From IMG/VR virus record IMGVR_UViG_3300009436_000068, positions 1 to 31,753 of that record: a stretch of DNA of 31,753 nucleotides. One strand, 5' to 3'. The stretch comes from a virus. Lineage: Duplodnaviria; Caudoviricetes. Shown here piece after piece: positions 1 through 8,410 of this stretch. The notes beneath the pieces are model-generated. The model was not told where the DNA came from. It saw only the letters and a program-made list of their open reading frames with translations, and did no database searches. Every line of letters starts with the position of its first letter. Position 1 is the stretch's first letter. A program made the position numbers and the translations under genes.

Positions 1-573
1 CCTGACACTAAGTTTAATCCCGATGGGGACTACTCCACTGACATCCTGCTACAAGAAGCAGATGCTGCACCGATATGTGAGAAGCTAGATAATGCAATTC
101 AATCTGCATTTGACAATGCGATCAAGGACTCCCCTAAGTTAAAGAATGTCCTGTCCACATCCTCACCGTACCAGACTGTCTACGATAATGAGACAGGCGA
201 TCCTACTGGTGAGATCAAGTTCAAGGCTAAACTAAAGGCTATATGGAGAGCCAGAGATGGCCGCTTTGGTGAACAACGTCCAGTAGTAGTGGATAGCAAG
301 TTAAATCCACTGGACAAGCACGTTGCCATTGGTAATGGATCGGACATCAATGTGAACGTAGAGGTTGTACCTTACGTTATGCAGTCTACTAAGTCAGTCG
401 GTGCAAGTCTGCGACTGAAGGGCATACAAGTCGTTAACCTCGTTGAGTACGGTAACAACGCCTCAATGTTTGGTGAAGTGGATGGTGGCTTTGAAGCACC
501 CCCAGCACCAGTGAATGACTCGATTCCTTTTGAAGTGGAGAGCAGTGATGACAGCGACCAAGGGGACTTTTGA
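1..573 (+). CDS. ssDNA-binding protein, T7 gp2.5-like (5' truncated by window edge)
   Basis: Frame 1 is open from base 1 (PDTKFNPDGDY...KFKAKLKA...IGNGS...GASLRLKGIQVVNLVEY), with an acidic tail ending in an aromatic residue (SDDSDQGDF). Lies just before endonuclease I. The ORF-track start at 289 is internal. Confidence 0.9.
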   Translation, partial: PDTKFNPDGDYSTDILLQEADAAPICEKLDNAIQSAFDNAIKDSPKLKNVLSTSSPYQTVYDNETGDPTGEIKFKAKLKAIWRARDGRFGEQRPVVVDSKLNPLDKHVAIGNGSDINVNVEVVPYVMQSTKSVGASLRLKGIQVVNLVEYGNNASMFGEVDGGFEAPPAPVNDSIPFEVESSDDSDQGDF

Positions 574-916
574 GGCGAGGGTGGTTAGTGATTTGAATAG
601 CCGCAGTATCTCGTTTGAATATGAACCAGACAAGTTGCCATACACAGTTCAACGGAACTACATCCCTGATCTTCGGATCGGGGAGATGTATGTCGAGGTC
701 AAGGGTTACTTCCGACAGGAAGCACAGCGAAAGATGCGTAACGTCAAAGAGCAACACCCAGAAAAGGACATACGGTTTCTATTTCAGAGATTGGACAGTC
801 CAGTACAAGGCGCAAAGAAGCGCAAAGACGGCACGAAGATGACTTGTGCTGAATGGGCAGAGCGTAACAACTTTATGTACGCAGAAAAGGAGATACCTGA
901 TGACTGGATCAACTGA
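548..916 (+). CDS. Endonuclease I / Holliday junction resolvase, T7 gp3-like
   Basis: FE...YEP...YIPDL...YVEVKGYF, DIRFLFQ and TCAEWAERNNF motifs. ATG 548 follows a GGAG and overlaps the SSB end. Confidence 0.9.
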   Translation: MTATKGTFEARVVSDLNSRSISFEYEPDKLPYTVQRNYIPDLRIGEMYVEVKGYFRQEAQRKMRNVKEQHPEKDIRFLFQRLDSPVQGAKKRKDGTKMTCAEWAERNNFMYAEKEIPDDWIN

Positions 917-2522
917 GGAAACTACCAGTGAGTTTTTATATCATGAATCTTGTGAAAAATGTGGCAGTTCTGATGCTAAAAGTGTTTATGATGATGGTCA
1001 TTCCTATTGTTTTAGCTGCACTGATCACCAAATGGGAACTGACACAGGCACACCAAAGTTACAAGCAGTCCCCAACACACCAAAGGCTGACTTGTTGGTG
1101 GGCGATGCTATCGCATTGGGTAAGCGTAAGATTAATCAAGCCACTGCTAAGTTTTGGAATTACCAAGTGGGAGAATTTAAAGGATCACCTGTCCAGATAG
1201 CCAACTACAAGGACAAGACAGGGCAGGTAGTATCACAGAAGATACGGTTCCCGAACAAAGACTTTCTTAGTTTAGGAGAGCATAAGAAAGCACAGCTATA
1301 TGGACAGTGGTTGTGGAGAGACAAAGGGAAGATGGTCTGTGTGGTGGAGGGGGAGTTGGACGCTCTCTCTCTGTCACAAGCCTTCGACAATAAGTGGCCT
1401 GTAGTGTCACTAAAGAATGGAGCAGCCTCCGCTAAAAAAGATATTGCGGCAAGTTGTGAGTGGCTGGAGCAGTACGAGTCAGTGATACTCATGTTTGACA
1501 ACGACAAAGTTGGACAGCAAGCGGCTATAGATGCCGCCTCCGTTCTCTCACCATCGAAAGCTAAGATCGCAAAGCTACCGTTGAAGGATGCGTCTGAGAT
1601 GCTTCAGGCAGGTAGAGTGAAAGAACTGATAGATGCAGTGTGGGCGGCTAGAGCATTTCGCCCAGACGGTATACTGGATGGGGCTGACCTTTGGGATGTG
1701 GTTACTGAGGTACAAGATGTAGAGAGTGTGCCGTATCCATACCAAGGTCTGAATGATGTCACTAAAGGTTGTAGGCGTGGAGAGATCACGACTATTACAG
1801 CAGGTAGTGGTATCGGAAAATCACAGTTAGTCCGTGAATTTGCGGCTAACTTGGTTAGACAGGGAGAGACGGTGGGTTACATAGCCCTTGAAGAGTCCGT
1901 CAAACGAACTGGGTTGGGTTTGATGTCCATTGAAGCAAACCAACCTTTACACTTAGGAACAGATAATATTACTAAAGAGGAACTAAAACGTGCTTTCGAT
2001 AATACCCTCGGTACTGGTCAAGTATTTTTGTATGACCATTGGGGTTCAACTGACAGCGATAATCTTCTCTCTAAAATACGATACTTGGTTCGCGGATGCT
2101 CTTGCAATTGGATCGTGCTTGATCACCTTTCCATTGTTGTATCTGGTATGGGAGACGGCGATGAGAGGCGTTTAATTGACAACACCATGACCAAACTGCG
2201 GTCACTCACTGAAGAGTTAAACTGCGGGATGTTATTGGTAAGTCATTTGAAACGTCCGTCAGGCGACAAAGGCCATGAAAACGGGGCAGAAACATCTCTG
2301 TCCCAACTTCGAGGATCAGCAGCTATCGGACAGCTAAGTGATATTTGTATGTCTCTAGAACGGAATCAACAGGCAGCTAAAGGTGCTGACATTACAACAG
2401 TACGAGTACTAAAGAACCGCTGGTCAGGGGAAACGGGCATTGCCTGTCACCTTGAGTATGACAGGGACACTGGACGTATGACTGAGGTGGCCGAACCACA
2501 AGAAGCAGAGGAGATGTTCTGA
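900..2522 (+). CDS. DNA primase-helicase, T7 gp4-like
   Basis: Zn finger (CEKC...CFSC), TOPRIM (VEGELD, FDND), Walker A (AGSGIGKS), LDHLS, SHLKR, LRGS, KNRWSGETG. ATG 900 follows AAGGAG. Confidence 0.95.
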   Translation: MTGSTEETTSEFLYHESCEKCGSSDAKSVYDDGHSYCFSCTDHQMGTDTGTPKLQAVPNTPKADLLVGDAIALGKRKINQATAKFWNYQVGEFKGSPVQIANYKDKTGQVVSQKIRFPNKDFLSLGEHKKAQLYGQWLWRDKGKMVCVVEGELDALSLSQAFDNKWPVVSLKNGAASAKKDIAASCEWLEQYESVILMFDNDKVGQQAAIDAASVLSPSKAKIAKLPLKDASEMLQAGRVKELIDAVWAARAFRPDGILDGADLWDVVTEVQDVESVPYPYQGLNDVTKGCRRGEITTITAGSGIGKSQLVREFAANLVRQGETVGYIALEESVKRTGLGLMSIEANQPLHLGTDNITKEELKRAFDNTLGTGQVFLYDHWGSTDSDNLLSKIRYLVRGCSCNWIVLDHLSIVVSGMGDGDERRLIDNTMTKLRSLTEELNCGMLLVSHLKRPSGDKGHENGAETSLSQLRGSAAIGQLSDICMSLERNQQAAKGADITTVRVLKNRWSGETGIACHLEYDRDTGRMTEVAEPQEAEEMF

Positions 2523-2683
2523 TGGCACTACTAACTGAAGGCCAATTACGGACGATGTACATTAAGCACATGATTTCACTGTACATCTTAGAGATGGAAG
2601 AGAACTTTGACTTGGGTGACTACCCTACCTACGAGGACTTCTTGATTATGTACAAAGAGGAAATGCAAGTTGCACCAAACTAA
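2522..2683 (+). CDS. Small acidic hypothetical protein, 53 aa (not in ORF track)
   Basis: TGATG stop/start coupling with the primase-helicase. Reads MALLTEGQLRTMYIKHMISLYILEMEENFDLGDYPTYEDFLIMYKEEMQVAPN and fills the gap before the polymerase. Confidence 0.7.
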   Translation: MALLTEGQLRTMYIKHMISLYILEMEENFDLGDYPTYEDFLIMYKEEMQVAPN

Positions 2684-2704
2684 TCACTCCAACGAGAGGA
2701 TGTT

Positions 2705-4420
2705 ATGAGATTACTATTTGATATAGAGGCCGATGGCCTATTGAAAGAAGCTACGAAGGTGTGGTGTCTGGTCATACGTGACTTAGATACAGGCAAGGTA
2801 TCGGCTTACGATCCCTTCACACTGGACGCTGGCTTACAACACTTAGGTGAAGCAGATGTTCTTGTCGGACATAATATAATCGACTACGACTTGCGCCTGC
2901 TGGAGAAACTCCACGGGTTCAGAACCAACGCTACCCTAGAGGATACTCTAGTATGGTCACGGACAATCTTCCCTGATCTACGAGAGCAGGACTTAAAACG
3001 TCTTAACGCTAATAAGGTAATGATCGGTAGCCATGCACTCAAGGCTTGGGGGATACGCCTAGCGTGTCACAAGGGAGACTTTGGGCAGGACGATGGTGCA
3101 TGGGAACGGTACTCCCCAGAGATGTTGGAGTATTGCAAGCAAGACGTAGAGGTAAACTTTAAACTGTATGGAAACCTATGTAAGAAGATAGCGGAATGGA
3201 AACCGTGGACTGAAGTACTGAAGTTTGAGACAGAGGTACACCGACTGCTACAGGATCAAACCACTAGGGGTTTTCCGTTTGACGTTGCCAAGGCTGAAAA
3301 GCTGTACAGCGAACTGGCGGGAGAGAAGGCTGAACTAGAGCAGTCACTAGTGTCAAACATTGAGCCTACGATTGTGCAGTTAAAGACCAAGGAGAAGGTG
3401 ATACCTTTTAACCCTGCATCCAGACAGCAGATTGCAGATCGACTAATGAAGCGAGGGTGGGTTCCAGAAGCATTCACCCCATCAGGTGAGCCTAAAGTTG
3501 ACGAGCAGGTACTTAGTAAGATTGAGTTACCTGAAGCTAAACAACTGTGCAGGTTCTTATTACTAAACAAACGTATAGGCCAACTAGCTACAGGTAAACA
3601 GGCGTGGCTTAAAGTACAAACCGAAGGCCATGTACACGGTAGGGTCAACCACATGGGGGCAGTGACATCTAGGTGTACACACTCTGATCCTAACGTGGCC
3701 CAAGTACCCTCACTCAGTGCAGAGTACGGTCAGGAATGCCGTGAGTTGTTTCACGCCCCTGCTGGTTATGTACTGCTAGGTGCTGATGCGTCTGGGTTAG
3801 AACTTAGATGCCTTGCGGCTTACATGAAACCTTTTGACAACGGTAATTACGTAGAGGAAATATTAAACGGTGACATCCACACGAAGAACCAACATGCGGC
3901 AGGGCTTACAACGCGCCCTCAATCTAAGACGTTCATTTATGCTTTTCTCTTCGGAGCCGGTGATGAAAAAATCGGAAGTATTATCGGAGGAAGCAAAAGT
4001 GACGGCAAAAAAATTAAGGCCCGTTTCCTAAAGCAGACTCCCGCACTCAAGATACTACGTGAGAAGGTTAGCGAGAAGGCTGCTGGCGGTTACATTAAAG
4101 GGATTGATGGGAGACGCATACCTATACGTCACCCCCATGCTGCATTGAACACACTACTGCAAAGCTGCGGTGCTGTGATCTGTAAGAAGTGGTACGTGGA
4201 AATTCACAAGATGTTTAGACAAGCAGGTTTAACAGAGAACGATGCCCGTGTAGTGGCATTCGTACATGACGAGGTTCAGATTGTCGTGCGTAACGGAATG
4301 GAGGAACAAGTAGGTGAAATTACCTTACAAGCAATTCGAAATGTGGAACGACAACTCAACTTTGGGTGCAGACTTGACGCAGAGTACAACACTGGACAAA
4401 GCTGGGCGGCAACCCACTGA
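2705..4420 (+). CDS. DNA polymerase family A with 3'-5' exonuclease, T7 gp5-like
   Basis: ExoI DIE, ExoII GHNIIDYD, ExoIII YCKQD, motif A DASGLELR, motif B RPQSKTFIYAFLFG, motif C VHDE. GAGAGGA RBS. Confidence 0.96.
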   Translation: MRLLFDIEADGLLKEATKVWCLVIRDLDTGKVSAYDPFTLDAGLQHLGEADVLVGHNIIDYDLRLLEKLHGFRTNATLEDTLVWSRTIFPDLREQDLKRLNANKVMIGSHALKAWGIRLACHKGDFGQDDGAWERYSPEMLEYCKQDVEVNFKLYGNLCKKIAEWKPWTEVLKFETEVHRLLQDQTTRGFPFDVAKAEKLYSELAGEKAELEQSLVSNIEPTIVQLKTKEKVIPFNPASRQQIADRLMKRGWVPEAFTPSGEPKVDEQVLSKIELPEAKQLCRFLLLNKRIGQLATGKQAWLKVQTEGHVHGRVNHMGAVTSRCTHSDPNVAQVPSLSAEYGQECRELFHAPAGYVLLGADASGLELRCLAAYMKPFDNGNYVEEILNGDIHTKNQHAAGLTTRPQSKTFIYAFLFGAGDEKIGSIIGGSKSDGKKIKARFLKQTPALKILREKVSEKAAGGYIKGIDGRRIPIRHPHAALNTLLQSCGAVICKKWYVEIHKMFRQAGLTENDARVVAFVHDEVQIVVRNGMEEQVGEITLQAIRNVERQLNFGCRLDAEYNTGQSWAATH

Positions 4421-4724
4421 TGATGGTAACAGGGTTGGTGACATTGCTGAGTTCTATGCTGTCACATACCTGTGGGATCAAGGGTACGAAGTATTCCCTA
4501 ATGCAGGATGCACCGGAGCCGTGGATATGATTGCTATTAAAGGTGACGAGATCAGACTGATAGATGTGAAGACGGTATCCGAAACCACTCAAGGTGGCAA
4601 GGTACTAACCGCACTCCAAAAACAGATGGGTGTGGAACTTCTGTATTTCGATTATCAAACACGCCATCTCAGTTGGGACAGACTGATGATTAAAGGCATT
4701 CAAAAAGAGAGAGAGACTATATGA
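4314..4724 (+). CDS. PD-(D/E)XK nuclease-like protein (Hjc-like); start uncertain
   Basis: GDIAE...L...GYEVF...VDMIA...LIDVKT pattern. GTG 4314 has GGAGG 9 nt upstream. Stop overlaps the exonuclease start (ATGA). Confidence 0.65.
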   Translation: MKLPYKQFEMWNDNSTLGADLTQSTTLDKAGRQPTDDGNRVGDIAEFYAVTYLWDQGYEVFPNAGCTGAVDMIAIKGDEIRLIDVKTVSETTQGGKVLTALQKQMGVELLYFDYQTRHLSWDRLMIKGIQKERETI

Positions 4725-5446
4725 ACACATTACTGATAGACGGAGACATCGTAGCGTATCGGGCGGCTACCGCCTGTGAGCAACCGATAGATTGGGGTGA
4801 TGGTCACTGGACACTACATGCCTTCGAGCATGAGGTTGAACAGAACATTGATAGCTTCATGGAGAACCTAATCAAAGATAGTAAAGTTAAGGACTGGGTG
4901 ACATGTTTGACTGGGCCTAAAAACTTCAGAAAAAATGTAGCGGCATCTTACAAGGCTAACCGTAATGATAAACGTAAACCGATGTTACTGCCCCATGCTC
5001 GTGCCTACTTGCTAAATGAGTGGAAGGGTAGGATTGACGAGAACATTGAGGCTGATGATACTTTAGGCTTACTCGCTACTAGCGGGGACGGTTACATGAT
5101 CTGGTCAATCGATAAAGATTTAATGACCATACCTGCCTACCACTTTGTAGATGGTGAGGTAAAGATCGTAGGTGAGGCTGAAGCTGACTACTGGTTCTTC
5201 TACCAGACGCTAGTGGGTGACTCCACCGATAATTATAAAGGATGTCCTAACATTGGGCCGAAGAAAGCCAAAGGCTTACTAGACGATGACTGCTCATGGG
5301 AAACGGTAGTTAAGGCTTTTGAGAATGCAGGGCTATCGGCAACGGTAGCACTAGAGCAAGCAAGGCTGGCTCGTATCTTACGGCACGGTGAATACGATTT
5401 TAATACAAAGGAGGTATCCTTATGGGAACCAAATATAAAACACTAA
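4721..5446 (+). CDS. 5'-3' exonuclease, T7 gp6-like
   Basis: LIDGD, NFRK, YKANR, EADD, SIDKD, GDSTDNYKGCPNIGPKKA (H3TH), ARLARIL. Confidence 0.93.
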   Translation: MNTLLIDGDIVAYRAATACEQPIDWGDGHWTLHAFEHEVEQNIDSFMENLIKDSKVKDWVTCLTGPKNFRKNVAASYKANRNDKRKPMLLPHARAYLLNEWKGRIDENIEADDTLGLLATSGDGYMIWSIDKDLMTIPAYHFVDGEVKIVGEAEADYWFFYQTLVGDSTDNYKGCPNIGPKKAKGLLDDDCSWETVVKAFENAGLSATVALEQARLARILRHGEYDFNTKEVSLWEPNIKH

Positions 5447-5856
5447 ACGATGCCAGTCCCAGTGATTGGGATAGGGCACATAAAAAGAGTACTAACGAAC
5501 ACGGTACTATTTGGAAGCAGGCAATTAAACAGGCGGCTATTGAGGAAGCAAATCAATACAACATTCCCCCGTTTAAACTACCCGTTGATGCCCAAGCCCG
5601 TAAGAACATTCCGGTGTACTCAGGGTTCTTTGCTTACTTCCCAAGGGCTATAGCAGCGGTAGCACAACTCTCCTTAGTCGGAGGTATACAACACGGCCAG
5701 ACACGCGAAACCCTACACTGGGATCGTCCCTTATCAGGTGATGAGTTAGACGCAATGATGCGGCACATGATTGATGGGGATTGGGAACAGGTAGCGTGGC
5801 GAGCAATGGCTCACTTAGAAAAACAATTAGAGAAGGAAGAAATAAATGACAACTAG
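5422..5856 (+). CDS. Putative dATP/dGTP diphosphohydrolase-like (DUF5664-type) protein
   Basis: YFPRAIAAVAQLS..G..QH...LHW...DAMMRH...VAWRAMA pattern recalled from this phage family. AAGGAGG RBS. Sits between exonuclease and RNR. Confidence 0.6.
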   Translation: MGTKYKTLNDASPSDWDRAHKKSTNEHGTIWKQAIKQAAIEEANQYNIPPFKLPVDAQARKNIPVYSGFFAYFPRAIAAVAQLSLVGGIQHGQTRETLHWDRPLSGDELDAMMRHMIDGDWEQVAWRAMAHLEKQLEKEEINDN

Positions 5857-7741
5857 TAAAATGGACGAGTACCAATCATTCATACACAAAAGCCGCTACG
5901 CACGATGGTTGGATGATAAGGGCCGTAGGGAAACATGGGAAGAAACAGTAAACCGTTACGTCAACTTTTGGGTTGAACGTGGGCAGATAGATCAAAAAAC
6001 CAGTAGCAAAATGTTTCATGCAATTTACAATATGGAAGTAATGCCTAGTATGAGATGCTTAATGACTGCTGGGGAAGCGTTGGACAAAGACAACGTAGCA
6101 GGATTTAACTGTAGTTATTTACACATCGACTCCCCTCGTAGCTTTGACGAACTGATGTATGTACTGATGTGTGGAACAGGGGTTGGGTTTAGTGTCGAGC
6201 GTAAGTTTGTTGAACAGTTACCTTGTGTAGCAGATAGCTTTCATCCGACACCTTCAACCATTGTGGTAGGTGATAGTAAGATTGGATGGGCCTCCGCTTT
6301 TCGAGAACTGATTGCCATGCTATACGCAGGTAAGATACCGCAGTGGGATGTAAGTGGAGTCCGTCCGGCAGGGGCAAGGTTAAAAGTATTCGGTGGACGC
6401 GCTAGTGGCCCAGAGCCGTTGGTTGCGTTGTTTGAATTTGCGGTAAAACTCTTCCAAGGTGCAGAGGGTAGAACCTTGACTACACTAGAGTGTCACGACT
6501 TGTGTTGTAAGATTGCAGAGGTAGTCGTTGTCGGTGGCGTTAGACGCTCCGCATTGATCTCTCTCAGTAACTTGACTGACAACCGTATGCGTAAGGCTAA
6601 GTCCGGCGCATGGTTCTTAGAAGAGGGCCAACGAGGTCTTGCTAACAACTCAGTGTGTTACACCACCAAGCCAGACTTTGCTGACTTCCTAACAGAGATG
6701 CAATCCCTGCATGAGAGTAAAGCAGGTGAGCGTGGTTTGTTTAGCCGCCCTGCCGCCCAGAACATTGCAGCACGTAATGAACGCAGAGATAGCAGTTATG
6801 ACTTTGGTACGAACCCTTGCTCTGAAATTATCTTACGCAGTAACCAGTTCTGTAACCTGTCAGAGATCGTGGTACGGGCAGATGACACACTTAAAACCTT
6901 AACGGCTAAAGCAGAGATGGCCGCAATCATTGGTACACTTCAGGCTACCTTAACTGACTTCCGTTATTTACGCGCAATTTGGAAGAAGAATACGGAAGAA
7001 GAAGCCTTACTAGGTGTAAGCATGACTGGTATCATGGATCACTATCTACTAGGTAAAGGAAATTCACCTGACTTGGAGAAGTGGTTGAACAGTTTACGTG
7101 ACGTTGCTGTAGAGACAAACAAACAGTGGGCCTCTAAATTAGGGATTGCCCAATCAGCCGCTATCACTGCGGTAAAACCATCAGGCACGGTATCGCAATT
7201 GGTAGACAGTGCCAGTGGTATCCACCCAAGGTTCTCTAGTCAGTATGTACGTACCGTCAGGTCAGATAAAAAAGACCCACTCGCTCGTTTCATGCAAGAC
7301 CAAGGGTTCCCGTGTGAACAGAACCTAGCCTCACCAGAGGGTTTAGTGTTTAGCTTTCCAATCAAGGCTCCTCAAGGGTCAGTAACGGTCAAAGATGTAG
7401 GAGCGATGCAGCAGTTAGAACTGTGGAAAGCCTATCAGGATCATTGGTGTGAACATAAGCCTTCCATTACGGTGTACTACACAGATGACGAGTTCCTTGA
7501 TGTGTGTTCGTGGATATGGAAGAACTTTGACATGTGTTCGGGCATTTCATTACTGCCTTACAGTGATCATGTGTACCCACAAGCCCCTTACACAGACGCA
7601 TCGGACGAGGTACTGGAAACACTACAAGCCCAGATGCCTAAAGATGTAGACTGGTCAGGGTTACAAGCCTACGAAAAAGAAGACAACACTATCGGTAGCC
7701 AAGAGTTAGCCTGTACGGGTGGGGCTTGCGAGATTGTCTAA
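5846..7741 (+). CDS. nrdJ: Class II (adenosylcobalamin-dependent) monomeric-type ribonucleotide reductase
   Basis: FIHKSRYARW, FNCSY, GTGVGFS, GGVRRSA, GTNPCSEI, CNLSE, VKPSGTVS and C-terminal CTGGAC Cys pair. No beta-subunit gene adjacent. Confidence 0.88.
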   Translation: MTTSKMDEYQSFIHKSRYARWLDDKGRRETWEETVNRYVNFWVERGQIDQKTSSKMFHAIYNMEVMPSMRCLMTAGEALDKDNVAGFNCSYLHIDSPRSFDELMYVLMCGTGVGFSVERKFVEQLPCVADSFHPTPSTIVVGDSKIGWASAFRELIAMLYAGKIPQWDVSGVRPAGARLKVFGGRASGPEPLVALFEFAVKLFQGAEGRTLTTLECHDLCCKIAEVVVVGGVRRSALISLSNLTDNRMRKAKSGAWFLEEGQRGLANNSVCYTTKPDFADFLTEMQSLHESKAGERGLFSRPAAQNIAARNERRDSSYDFGTNPCSEIILRSNQFCNLSEIVVRADDTLKTLTAKAEMAAIIGTLQATLTDFRYLRAIWKKNTEEEALLGVSMTGIMDHYLLGKGNSPDLEKWLNSLRDVAVETNKQWASKLGIAQSAAITAVKPSGTVSQLVDSASGIHPRFSSQYVRTVRSDKKDPLARFMQDQGFPCEQNLASPEGLVFSFPIKAPQGSVTVKDVGAMQQLELWKAYQDHWCEHKPSITVYYTDDEFLDVCSWIWKNFDMCSGISLLPYSDHVYPQAPYTDASDEVLETLQAQMPKDVDWSGLQAYEKEDNTIGSQELACTGGACEIV

Positions 7742-7745
7742 TAAC

Positions 7746-7770
7746 GGTGGCCCTTCGGGGCCGCTTTTTT
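7746..7770 (+). terminator. Intrinsic terminator after RNR
   Basis: GGTGGCCC-TTCG-GGGCCGCT followed by a T run. Confidence 0.88.
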
Positions 7771-7788
7771 AAATAAAGGATATCATTT

Positions 7789-7968
7789 ATGACTGAAAAA
7801 GCTAATAAGAAGCCAAAACCTATCACTCAAGATAACCAAGCACTGGTAGACCTACTATGTCTGTCGCAATTATTCAGTACATATTACACAAAATCAGGCA
7901 ATACTGAAGTTGCACTCCAGAATTCCACACACATACTTGGTATTTTAAAACAAGTGTGCAAATCCTAA
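7789..7968 (+). CDS. Hypothetical protein, 59 aa (not in ORF track)
   Basis: AAAGGA RBS. Reads MTEKANKKPKPITQDNQALVDLLCLSQLFSTYYTKSGNTEVALQNSTHILGILKQVCKS. Confidence 0.65.
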   Translation: MTEKANKKPKPITQDNQALVDLLCLSQLFSTYYTKSGNTEVALQNSTHILGILKQVCKS

Positions 7969-7985
7969 TGGCCCCCTTATGTAGG
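7965..7985 (+). promoter_or_regulatory. Candidate phage RNA polymerase late promoter (copy 1)
   Basis: CTAATGGCCCCCTTATGTAGG. The first 13 nt match 30092-30104 at 12/13 positions. Lies at the start of the structural genes, like T7 phi6.5. Confidence 0.5.
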
Positions 7986-7993
7986 AACAAAGG

Positions 7994-8179
7994 ATGAAAC
8001 AAGTATTAAATAAGCAATATAGCATTTCAAAGCCCCTTGTAGAGTATCTCAAGGGCCTTTTTCCAAACCAACTCCCTAATAACAGGGACATAACATTAAA
8101 CGATGTCTCATTTCTCCAAGGTCAGCAGTCCGTTATTGCTAAATTAGAGGAATTGTATGACCAAGAATTTGAGGAATAA
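7994..8179 (+). CDS. T7 gp6.5-like small protein
   Basis: VEYLKGLFP...FLQGQQSVI pattern and position two genes before the portal. Confidence 0.6.
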   Translation: MKQVLNKQYSISKPLVEYLKGLFPNQLPNNRDITLNDVSFLQGQQSVIAKLEELYDQEFEE

Positions 8180-8184
8180 CTAGT

Positions 8185-8400
8185 ATGTGTATGAAACAAA
8201 AAGCCCCAAAAGTAATCGCCCCCGCTAAAGTAGCGGCCCCTGCTGCTGTGGATCAAGCTGATCTCCAGCTAACCGAAGCAGATACTGCCAGTTCTACTAA
8301 GAACAAGAAGCGTAAAGGTAAAGCTGGTATGACTGTAAGCCGTAAAGGTGTGCAATACGCTGGCGGTGGTTCAGGACTTAACATTCCGAATAAAGCATAA
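8185..8400 (+). CDS. T7 gp6.7-like small virion protein
   Basis: MC start, Pro/Ala-rich then basic (KKRKGK). GAGGA RBS. Immediately before the portal. Confidence 0.6.
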   Translation: MCMKQKAPKVIAPAKVAAPAAVDQADLQLTEADTASSTKNKKRKGKAGMTVSRKGVQYAGGGSGLNIPNKA

Positions 8401-8410
8401 AAGGTGACGT

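Noticed and set aside
5422-5856. Evidence for a 2-aminoadenine (Z) genome
   Set aside because: No purZ or HD-family dATPase gene in the window; a single diphosphohydrolase-like gene is insufficient.
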